Shown piece by piece: positions 12,397-23,245 of a stretch of DNA of 64,000 nucleotides. The stretch is from Moniliella sp. 'wahieum' (taxonomy: Eukaryota). The notes under the pieces were generated by a model. That model did not search any database. It was not told the origin of the DNA and saw nothing but the letters and a program-made list of their open reading frames with translations. The DNA lies in assembly GCA_003971905.1 (NCBI GenBank), contig RSEE01000075.1, positions 186,001 to 250,000 on the forward strand, given 5' to 3'. Both the position numbers and the translations under genes were made by a program. How positions within the stretch are numbered: position 1 is the stretch's first letter; each line of letters begins with the position of its first letter.

Positions 12397-13459
12397 TTAG
12401 TTTTGGTGCGCAGAGAGGTACTCCTCTTCTGAGACGAGGGAGTTAGGGCATTCCGGTGCACGGTGCCCTTTCGTCTTGCAGCGAAAGCAGCGCCCTTCCT
12501 GGTGCAGCTGTCGTTGGAAAGGGGAAAGGCGAGAGAGGTAACCGCTTTTCGCGTTGTTGCGGTTGCTGCTGCTGCTGTTGTTCTTGCTGTTGCGACCCAC
12601 TTGGATTGCGTCGAGCTCCATCGGTTCGTATCCGTCCGACCCTGAGGCGGCGGTACTCGACGTGTTGGTGGACGCAGTGTAGCGTTCGTTGTCGTTGTTG
12701 GACGCCCCCGGGGTCCGCCGAGGGCCCGATCGAAAGGGCTGATTGGATTTGCTGGTTTGACCCTGGCCGCGTGCCGTGCGGGCCAACTTCAGCTCATTTT
12801 CCATATCCAACGCTTTGTCCATCCAGTTAGAGAGGCGGTTCGGCTGAGCATGCATCACCGGAATCAATAGTTCTTCCAAATCGGCAGGTAGACCCGATCG
12901 GTAGAAACGAATGAGTGTGAAGTTTGTCTCGCCGCGTTCTCCACTGAATTCTTCTGAACCCAAGGCTGATTTGAGCGAACGGAATGTGGCGTTGTAGTGT
13001 ACCACACCTTGTGTTCCAACCTTTAGGCGTTCAAGCTTTTCGTAAGCGCGATAAGCTTCTTGCGGATTGCCAAACTGGCGAAGCATTGCTGCGCGGAAGT
13101 TCCCCCATGTTGCGAACTCTTGTTTGAGATTAGCGCTGGGCGTGGAGGCAAAGATGTCGTGTATATCCCCTGAGACCCACTTCTCATCATCACCGGTGAA
13201 ATGGAACACAGCCTCGTGGATCACTTCCCGATCGTTGGTAATACCGTTCCGATCACACAGCACTTTGCACCTGTAAAGCCACAATTCGATTTGCGGTTAG
13301 GGTTAGGGTTAGGGTTAGGGTTGGTAGATCGGTGTAGCGAATTTGACGACCCGGACGACGACCCTGGAGATCAGCTTCGACGTCCATTGACTGAGCCGCG
13401 TGAAAGGTTTCCCACGAGGGTGCCTGGGGGTTTCCACCGGGGTTCTGTTGAGGGTTCAT
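12397..13459 (-). CDS. gag: gag (capsid plus CCHC zinc knuckle)
   Basis: ORFs 13253-13459 and 12397-13284. EPMELD motif and knuckle RCFRCKTKGHRAPECPN. Confidence 0.9.
13297..13320 (+). repeat. (TTAGGG)4 telomere-like hexamer array inside the gag 5' region
   Basis: Direct reading: ttagggttagggttagggttaggg, followed by ttggtag. Confidence 0.95.
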
Positions 13460-13610
13460 GGGAGAGGGAGAGCGGGAGAGTGCACAATCGGCTTGAGGTG
13501 GTCACACCGTCCTGAGAACGTGCAGTGAAGAGATCTGGGAGAATTCTGGTTCGTCTTGGTTAGCTCGACCATTTTCGAAAGTTGGGGTCGAGGTCCGGTC
13601 TGGCCTGGGG

Positions 13611-13624
13611 AAGCCGCCGACCAT
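13611..13624 (-). promoter_or_regulatory. Primer-binding site, complementary to a sequence within the element's own LTR
   Basis: Minus strand ATGGTCGGCGGCTT starts 2 nt after the 5' LTR. Its complement lies in the LTR at 13964-13977. Confidence 0.85.
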
Positions 13625-13626
13625 AA

Positions 13627-14397
13627 TGTGACGGGGTGGCTGGTTTCCCAGGCGGAGACCTTCCCTGCCCATCGGAGACAGTACTCACGGAGGACTGAAC
13701 GCGTTTCAGATCCAAAGTCCAAGGCTCACTGGCGTGAACGTAGGAGGGTCGTGAGTGATGCTTTACGGTGCGTCGAGCAGAGCCTGTGCAGCGGTCGGCA
13801 AGTAGAGGTTGCGAAAGGTGCAGCGGTCTGCGAGCTGAGGTTGCGTGTATAGGGGCTGGACGCGAAAGCAGTGTGCTCCGATGGGCGAGGGAGGGCGAGC
13901 GAGCGGTGCGAGAGGTGTTCCTTCTAGAAGTGGAGAGCCTAGAAGAAGGGTGAAGGGGAAAGAATGGTCGGCGGCTTGGGCCATCATCATTGGATCTAAG
14001 AACAGGCAGGTTTTATAGAAGAGAAAGGGGACAAAGCAAGACCAAGAGGTCTACAGAGCAAAAGGGGAAACGAGCCAAGGGAAGGAAAGAGGACCAAGCG
14101 CGAGAGGGACGAGGCGAGAGACGAGACGAGGGTCAAGGGCAAAATGGACCCGAGACGAGAAACGAGCGAGAAACTAAGTCGAGAAACCATGTGTTTGTTT
14201 TGGATTTTAGACGAGCGCGAGCGGAGAAACCAAGATAGTTGTGGGTTTTGTTGATAGGAAGACGATCCGAGTCAAGATAGCGAAAGAGAAGAGAAACGAG
14301 TCGAGATAGGCGAGATGGTGGAAGAAGCCGAGAAGCGATAGAAACGATAAGGAAGTGGAGGCGGCTGTGCAGGTAGTTCAGACATCGCCCCGTGACA
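13627..14397 (-). repeat. 5' LTR, with TATAAAA box at 14011-14017 (minus strand)
   Basis: Same termini and sequence as 7833-8607. Confidence 0.97.
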
Positions 14398-15146
14398 AAA
14401 CGATCGTGCGGAAGCCCTACTGAGATGCACTGTTGCCAGCCCCCTATAGCAGCTCTTCATCTTCTTCTACGCCTCGTTATTCTTCTCCTTCTCCTTCTAC
14501 TGACCCAGTGAGGCCAAGTGGCCCCTGCTTGTCCCGCCCCGCCTCCCACCACCCATCCTACCACCGTGCTGCAATGGATGGGCAGACTGTGGCGGTGGCG
14601 CGTCCGGTTCGCGACGCGCGCGACGCATTGCGGGCCGCGGTGGCCTGGAAGAGCGACTTTTTGTGCAGGACAGCCTTTAATCAGCATGGGGGTGAGGGAG
14701 TCCATGGGCATAGCCTGAGGCAGCAAGTGGATGAAGCTCAGCGGCATGGCTCATCTGGTGCTGCTGTCAGCACGACAAGCCAAGTGTGGAGGAACATGGA
14801 GATCACACGCGCGGCATGACATCACCGCACCCGGCGTGGCTTGGAGCGCTCCAGCGTGGCGCTTACTTGTGTTGCCTGCCACAGACGCTTGCTAGCTGGG
14901 GCTATCCACTGCGCCCGCCCCCCATCCACTTGTTACCCTGTCCTCCCCCACCCCCAATGCCTTGCCCCCAGTTATGGCGACAGCCTCGCGCTCAAGAGAG
15001 TTGTACGCCAGTTGTGATATGAACTGTTGATTCCTTCCCCCCACTTTCTCAAGTCTCTCTCTATATCGACAGGAAACATACATGGCTAGTCCAACATATT
15101 TGCTTGGTGCTGAGCCTCGCTCGACCACCAACATGAACAGGACCGA

Positions 15147-17195
15147 TTAACTCAAAACGACTAGAGCCGAACCAAACAGGACAGGGCAGCTTAACAGCTC
15201 CTTGACCTTCTTTTGGATCGAGTCCGAGTCGAGACCCTGGTGAGGGATCTGCTCCCAAAGACCACCCGACCCCTCAACGGTGGTGCCCAGGTGGGCAAAC
15301 TTGCCCGGGCGAATGTTGCGCTCCAAGAGCCAAGAGCCGACGCGCGAGCCGAGGCCATTAGCCTTGTTGAACGACTCAACCACCAGGGTGAACTTGCCGG
15401 CACCCCATACCTTGATCGCCTCCTCCTCGTCCACCACGTTGAGCGTCGCCTTGTTGATCACACCCACCTTGATCCCCTCGGCCTTGAGCTTGTCAACGGC
15501 ATCGACGACACGGTACAGCATCTCACCAAACGTGACGATCCAGCCTTCGACCTCACCGGGGGCACACGGATAATGTCATCCTTACCTGGAACAAAGGTGT
15601 AGCCCTCGCCATAGAAGCGCTCCGAGTCCGAACCCTCCTTCAGCACCCAAGGCACCTTCGACCGGGTCGAAAACACGAACCGAAGGCCAGGCGCGTACAG
15701 CACCTTCTCAATCACCGCCGTCATCTGGGTCGGGTCGGCAGGGAAGTAGAGGTTGGTGGGCACACCCGCATCCGACAGACCATTGTCGGCAAAGAAGTTG
15801 TTGATACCAAAGTGGCACGTGTTGTCCGCCATCTCATCAACACCGGCGTGAGAGAAGTGAGAAAGGACGTTGGACTTGTTGAGGCGCGCCATGGTAAGCT
15901 CCGAGATGACCATCTCAAGGAAAGCCGAGAAGGTGGAGAAATACCGGTGCGGTATTCGCCTTCGGGACAAACGAGCCAAAGCCAGCGGCAGCGCTGAAGT
16001 TGCCGCGCTCGCAAATGCCCGAGGACCAGAAGACCTCGGGTGCTTCTGGTGAATGACCTTGAGACCAGTCGAGCCCTCCAGGTCCGAGTCAATGCAGAGC
16101 ACCTTCTTGGCGTTCTCCTCCTTCGACGTCTTGTCCAACACAGCAGCAACAGCGTCACCAAAGACACACGGTTCGCACCCCGCTCCTTGGTCGAGCCAAT
16201 GTACGTGTACGGGTCCTTGCGGGGCTTGATGCTCTCGAGGATGGCGACGGCATCCTTGTTGCCAGCGTCGGTGAGGAACTCAATCGCCTTGGGAAGGGGA
16301 ATCACATCGTGGCCGTGGGGGTTGCCCTCGATGCCCTTGATACCGGGCGCCATGGGACGCTTGGTGATCACAGCAACAGGGCCCTTGGTGTTGACTGCCT
16401 CGATGATGGCGCCAAAGAGACTGTCGAGGTCTTCACCCTCGGCGCGGACGATCTTGAGGCCGTGGCCCTCAAGGGTCTTCCCAACGTCGTAGCCCTTGAA
16501 GTAGTCCGAGGGGTGGCCAGCAATGGTAACGTTGTTGTCGTCAATGAAGAGTTTGACGTTGAGGTCCTTGGCAACCGCAAGGCGAGCAGCCTCAGCATCG
16601 TCACCCTCTTGCTCCGACCCGTCAGAGCCAAGCATGATGGTGATCTTGTCAGCATGGCAGCAGCCACACCGTTGACCATCGGCCACATGTGGCCCAGGCG
16701 GCCGAGGAGAACTTGACGCCCGGGGTCAAACCAAGCTCGGGATGGCCGGGGAGCTTGCTGTCAGCCTCGCGGTAGTACAGGAGGTGGTCCGCAGGAACGC
16801 GCCGTCGAGAGCGGCCAAAAGGTACTGCGTCGCGACACGGTGGCCAGCCTCGTCAAAGAAGGTCTGGTAGAACTTGTCGCCGTCAGGACCGGCAAAGAGC
16901 GAGAGGAGCAGACAACCTCGGGGACAGTGTCGTAAGGCCCACCGGTGTGGCCCGAGACTGTGTCGGGGGAGGGGTCAGAAACGAGCTGGAGGGAAAGTAG
17001 GCAGAAGGGATACGTACCGCCACGGGCAGCGCCAGAGGCAGTGAAGAAGATGGCCTCGCGGAGGAGCTTGATGTTGGCGGACAGCTGCGCCTTCTGCTCG
17101 GCAGTAAGCTGCTTGTCGGCAAGCGACAGGGGCACAGGCTTGTACTGGTCCAGCGGGACGGGGAACTTGGTAATGTCAAAGGCCTGGAGGGGCAT
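15147..17195 (-). CDS. Transketolase-like thiamine-diphosphate-dependent enzyme (spliced, frameshifted)
   Basis: MPLQAFDITKF..; SGHTGGPYD; KLPGHPELG..SSGRLGHMWP; ThDP motif GSDGSEQEG..IDDNN; DSDLEGSTG; STFSAF; C-terminal domain KVGVINKATLNVVD..LVVESFN. Confidence 0.85.
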
Positions 17196-20165
17196 TGTGA
17201 GGGGAGTGGAAGGGGGCGAGGTGGTGGGGCAGAGCAGAGCCGAGAAGGGACGAACACAGCTGAGCTGAGCGAACGGCGGCGCAACTGCGGCAGGGGCTGC
17301 TGCTATTGGCGCCGGCGGTTTAAGTTGAACATCGCCGTAGAAGCCGCCGCCATGTCCGCCACACTGCCCCTGTGCCCGCGTCGTTCCGCTGCAAGCGGGC
17401 ACTGAGCGTCACACTCCCCGCCCAGCGTCAGTTCGCCGCCAGGCACGGGGGGAGTGTGCGCACAGGCCATAGCCCAACACAAGAAGATCCGCCGACAGCG
17501 TGCTCAGCCAGCCGCTTCAAATCATTGGGCTTCACTTCAAGCTTCAAGCTTCAACCAACACACGCACAGTCTGGCCCAGCCGCTGCGAGGGCCGTCCCCG
17601 ACAGCGCGGCTGACGTGCTGACGATTGACGATTTGCTGGCGATCCACCTTAGGTACTCAGACTCACTCAGCGTCCAACAAGTTGAACAACGTTGTTGATT
17701 GAGGGTGGAGGCCAACAAAGCCTTGGCCAGCCCTGGCTAACCCTGGCCAACCTGAAAGCACTGAGGTACTGGGGCGTAAGGCCAGGTTGCCTCTGTGTAC
17801 TGAGTTTATTGGTGAGTTACTGAGCATCAAATGATTATTGAGTACCGAGTCTCGGCGCTCAGGAGGCGCTGAGGCCGCGTGTCTGTAACCTGCTACTTGT
17901 CGACGAAATCGACGCGTCAGCGCGTCCGCTTCAAGCTTCAAGCTTCACGCGTCACGCGTCACGCCTTGGCCCTTATTGCCGAGGAAGGCCCAAATCAACA
18001 AACCCGCAGCATCATATCCTGTTGCGCCGTCGCGCGTCGCGCGTCACGTACGCCTCTGTGCCAAACTCGTGTGCCCCATGCTCGCCGTCGAACGGCTAGC
18101 GATAACCCAACCCGGTCTTGCAAGTCGATAGAGCCAACATCCAGGCCCCCGCGCATCACACCGATGCATGTATCATTTTGTGCCACTCAGATCATTAACA
18201 TTGGTCATTTGGGACGATGACGGATCCTGCTCGGACGGTGTTTCCGGTCCGGCCAATGCATTATCCCCGAGCTATAGGACCGGTCGGTGGTGTGCGGGCT
18301 TACAAATCCCCAGGATCAATGCTACATGTCACATGTCATTTAGCCTCGGCCCACGCTTGCACCACGAGGTGAGGCACTGAGTACTCAGACTGAATACTGA
18401 CGAGGCACTGGTGAGGCCGGCGAGGCCGGTGACGACCTGATCGGGGTGGCCGGTGAAGCTTGAAGCTTGAAGCTTGAAGTTTAAAGCCTGAGGTCAGGGG
18501 GAGGAGGGCCAGGGAGGGCCTTGTTTCTTCACCCTCCGGGCCGGAGTTTTCAGGGCTTAAGCCTGGGAGATGCTGAAAGAAGCGGGCGGTGTTCAATTAG
18601 TTAATTAGCCCTGTTGACCGGCCTGAGGCCCTGAGGCCTGACCTGACCGGGCTGGGCGCTGAAGCGCTGACCGGTCACGGTGACCTCCAACCGGCCATGA
18701 TGGCATGATAGGGCAAGACAGAGAGGATATGATTGATGGTGCCTGGTACATGATGCACATGATGGCGCTCCTACTGTTGCGCTATGACCAACTAGCCGCA
18801 ATCAGATGGCCCCTCTACTGACTGAAAGAGCTAGGGAGAGCATGGAGAGCGAAGCGGTGTTGGCCGTGAAGAGAAGACATGAGTGCATGAGGGGACGCGA
18901 ACACAGGAGCGCAAAGGAAGGCGCATGCGGCGCACCATTTTGGCAGCGTCTAAAGGAGGCTGGATATCCCAGCACAGTGAGATGCCACACCTTTTGTCTT
19001 GGAGCTCGTTCTTTTTGGTCCTACCGTTGCATTCATCTCATTCACGGAGCTTAAAACGCGTTTAACGTTGTGGGGCAAAGAAACGCTCTGTTGCGTCTAA
19101 ACCAGCCTGTGTCCGCCTGCCGTCCATCAGGTGTGTGCTGCTTTTGTTAGAGGCACGCCTTCGATTAGGAAGCCAGGAGAGTCGCCAGCACGTCAGGACC
19201 CTCTCTGGCACCCGCCATTCGCTTCTAAACTAGATGCAGCGCGCGTGCATATGATTGAGCGCACGGTAGACATCCGAGCAGTGAGCGGTGAATGACGGTG
19301 AGCGCGCTGAGCTATCTCCAACAAGGCCCATCTGATCCGTTAATTCTTTCGACATAGTATCCTCGCTTCGGCTTAACCAAGGGGAAGCAAGGCTCTGGAT
19401 AAGCCCCTGTGGTACTTGGCGTTCTTGCCGTATTCCGTTCTCTCCCTCCGGCGTACCAAACGTGTATATTTGCCGTTTTCTCTCACGTTCCACTTTCCGG
19501 TACGCAGCCATAGCCTCCTTCGTGTTCGAGTCCCACATAGAGTGTGGTCCGCCCCCATTCCTGATCATCGCAATGCGCCAGACCCCATCACTCGGTATTG
19601 GTGTGCATTCTCCTCGCCGTCCTCGCACACCTCTCGCCTCCTCATCCTCATCCTCTCACCTTTTGAAACAGGCGGGCAGGCGCAGCAGAGGCTTGACATT
19701 GTGGAGTTGGTGGGGCCAACTGGGACGGCCTGGGACGGTCCTTCTCAAGTTGGCCACGTTGCGGTGTGGATAAACGTAGCTACCTCAGCCAGGCGGTGGG
19801 AATGGGAGACAAGAGTGGGCTTGGGTGGCTGCGTAGGCACTATGTGCATCTCCTTGAAGCGTGAACATCGATCAGGGCGGGCGTGCTAGGGTTGGGTCGG
19901 CTGTTCTGTGTACGCAGGGTGTGGGCACGGGGGCGCAAGGTGGGGCATGCGCGCGGAGTTCCGCAGCCGAGGGGGCTGCGGGCACACCAGCAGTGTGCGC
20001 GTGGGCTGGCGTGGCGCTCTGTTAGGTAAGGGATGGCGTCTCCCCGAGCGCGAGCGACCATATCAGGACTGCGGGGCTTGCCGGTTGCCTCGCTCTGCTC
20101 CTGCCCTCCTATTTCTCCTCCAACCACCCCCCCACCACCACCACCTGCCCTCCACCCCCTCCACC

Positions 20166-22176
20166 ATGGCCTCGCCCCCCACCTCCCAGTTCGCCAACCT
20201 CTCTTTCGGCCCGGGCGCGCCCTCGACACCGCCTGCGCCCAGCTCCGCCTACTTTTCCGGCCCGCCTCCCCCGCCTGTGCCCGGCGGCTCGCCCTCGCTT
20301 TCTTTGTCGTCCCCCCCCCGGCCTCCCTGGGGTCTGCCTCCGCCCCCGCCCCCGCTGTCGCACCCCTGGCCAACGAGATGCTGGCCAACCCCTTTCCCGA
20401 GGAGGAAGATCAAGAGGCCATGGCGCCAGTGCCCACGGTTGAAAAAGAAGCAACTCACGACCAACTGACTGCACCCCTCCCTGATCTTCCCGCTAGACCA
20501 AGAGCGCGAGAAGGCGCTAGCACTGGGCGAGCCAGCTCGGATTCTTAACTGGATCCGCGATGTGATTCGTTACCTCGAGCGCGACCCGGATGGCAGCCGT
20601 CGCGCAAATCCGCAGATGGATGTGCTGATTCAGGAGGCTGTATGGGTACGTGATACCTTGTCTTTTCTGATTTCCCATGCCCTTCTGAGATGAAAGGTAG
20701 AAAAGTGCTACGAGTACTCATCCTTTTTGCTTGCTGTCGACAGGTAACTCGCCTGGCAGAAAACCAAAACATTCCGCCTACCGTGCAAGCAGAGGCCCTG
20801 CTGGTGCGGGGCGACCTGCGTGGCTCGGGTGGCATGTTCCCCCACCAGTTCCGCAAGAGTCTGCGGGGGGCATTTGCGGACTATGACCGTGCCCGGCGCG
20901 GATGCCCAACGGCCTGGATGCGGATCGGGAGGGAGTACGAGTCGATTAAGGATATTGCTCAGGCGCGCAGGGCGTACCAACATGGCGTGACCTTAGGCGA
21001 TTTGGGTGCCAGTATCGCATTGCCATGGCCTGTCTAATGGGCCAGCTGGAGTTGGCTCCGGATCACGCTGAGGCACTCTCCCTCCTCCGTCAGGCGGCCG
21101 ACCAGGTAACCCTGGATACCCCCCAACCGGCTTTCATCTACGGCATGGTCCTGATGCAAGAGTTTGAGGCATTGACCATCGATCCTCAGCTGCTTCACGC
21201 TTCGGTATCCCGAGGTGGGAGCGGTCGTCGATCGAGGCGGAGGCTGAATATTACATTGCAAAGGCAGCCTATTTGCACTTTTATCAAGCTCAACTCAAAA
21301 TGGGCTGGGCGTACGAGAATGCTCAACTCGACCTTCCGTTTGACCCACTTTTGTCGGTGCAGTGGTACAGCCTGGCATCCCAAGGTGGGCAGGTGGAGGC
21401 GGACATGGCACTGAGCAAGTGGTTCCTCTGCGGCGCAGAAAATTGTTTCGAGGTGAACGAATCGTTGGCCTTCCAGTTTGCCGAAAGGGCGGCCAGCAGC
21501 AACCTGCCCACTGCGCTCTTTGCCATGGGGTACTACCGCGAGGCTGTCGGGTGCGACAAGACCTCGAAGCAGCCAAGGTGTGGTACAACAAAGCGTCGCA
21601 GGCGGGGAACCAAGATGCCAAGGACCGTCTCGCCGCCCTAGTGGAGACCCAAGCTACTGCTGATGGCTTCTCGAGGCAGCAGCACCAGCAGAACCTAAAC
21701 AAGACCATCCAGCGCTCCCGTACGCTCGCTGCCCAGCGAACCATTGCCCGGCAAAAGCAAAACTCGGGTGCGGTCCCCACCGCCCAGGCCAATACCCATG
21801 TTCCAGCGACACCGGCACTGCCTCACTCGCCCCCTACAGTCCAGGGAAGGAACGCGGCGAACGTCCCCCCGATGCCTTCTGCTGCCCCGCGGAAAAGCTC
21901 ACAGGGTCGCATCGCGTCTAACCCGGGAAGCCAGATGCAGCAGGAACCGTTGCGGCGGAAACAGACGTTGTCGATGGCCCAAGCTGCAGCCGGAGCGGGC
22001 GCTACAGTCGCGGTGGTCGGACTGGAAGGGTGGCCGATCGTGCTTCTCCGGCAGCTTATGGGTCGGTGCAGAACGATTCCCCACGTTCAGCTGCGACGGG
22101 GCCCAAGTACAGCACATTTTCTGACATGGGCTTCCACCCCAAGAAGAACGATGACCGTGACTGCGTTGTGATGTGA
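20166..22176 (+). CDS. Sel1-repeat chitin synthase activator-like protein (Skt5/Chs4 family) with CaaX box
   Basis: Sel1 repeats AQLKMGWAYENAQLDLPFDPLLSVQWYSLASQGGQVEADMALSKWFLCGAENCF..ALFAMGYY..AAKVWYNKA. The 3' end reads GFHPKKNDDRDCVVM-stop (22176), matching the prenylated C-terminus of this family. Confidence 0.85.
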
Positions 22177-23128
22177 GGACAGTCATTCCTTTTCCCCTAG
22201 CCTACCACCCTGCGCCGCAATCGCCCAATCTTCTTTTTTCCAAAATGGACAACAGTCACCCCCCCTTCCTTCTCATTTCCCTTGGAGAGTTCGGATCCGA
22301 CAGCATACCCCACTCTACTATCACTCTATGATACTCTTCCCTTGACGGTGACTGATTTACCCCTTTTTCCGCGCTGAGCCTCAGCGCTCAGGCTGAGCGC
22401 TGTGACCGATGCAAAAGCCTCCTGATATAGTGCTGATACACCTCCTATAGCGTTGGCCGGCTTTCCCCTTTATAGAATCTCTCTCTCTCGCTGTCTCAGA
22501 TCTCAGGCCTCATCGATCTCATCGGACGGTGAATTTGATACCCTTCTGTCCGAGTGAAACGTTAAAGGGGCTTACGACAGTGCTCAGTACGACGGCAGTT
22601 ACGATAACGCCTCCTAGAAAGGGTGGACGGCAGGTGATATATTGATGTGACGTGTGACGTGTGGAGGAGAGACGATCGCTTATCCCTAGCGACGCCGTAA
22701 AGCCGCATCACCATGGAGGGGCCACTCAGCGCCACGTTCTGTCCGGCGGGTGCAGCCCTCCCTTTCCTTCTCCCTTTCTCCCTGTGCTCGAGTTGCTTGT
22801 CTCACATATGGCTGTCACCACGCTCTTCGCTCAACTCTTTTCGTAACCTCATCGTTCCCGCTCCTCATTGCGACCGCCTGATTACCTCGATTAGCCCTCT
22901 ATATAGCTTGAAGACTGTGAGCGTCGAATAAAGTCCTCTACACCCGCGACGCACCAATACTGTGGTAGTTGGGTTTTGGGCGGAGGCATAATTATGCAGG
23001 AGCTCTGACAGCGTTCCTGCAGCTCGCTCTGTCCTTCTACTTGAACGGCATGTCCTGCGTTCTTTTGCCCATGGGAACGTCGATCGGTGTGCTGTTATAC
23101 GTCCATCGGCGACTTCGTCGGACGTTCA

Positions 23129-23245
<117 letters not shown>

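Larger units (their letters stand above)
7833..14397 (-). mobile_element. Full-length Ty3/gypsy (Metaviridae) chromovirus LTR retrotransposon, ~6.56 kb
   Basis: Two near-identical ~770-bp LTRs. Domain order gag-PR-RT-RH-IN-chromodomain. PBS and PPT in the expected positions. Confidence 0.98.

Noticed and set aside
12390..12415. Programmed ribosomal frameshift at the gag/pol junction
   Set aside because: CCAAAACTAA is not a canonical slippery heptamer as written, and homopolymer errors make the frame unknowable.
13297..13320. Telomerase RNA template or chromosome end
   Set aside because: Lies inside gag of an LTR element, with only four units and no TER context.
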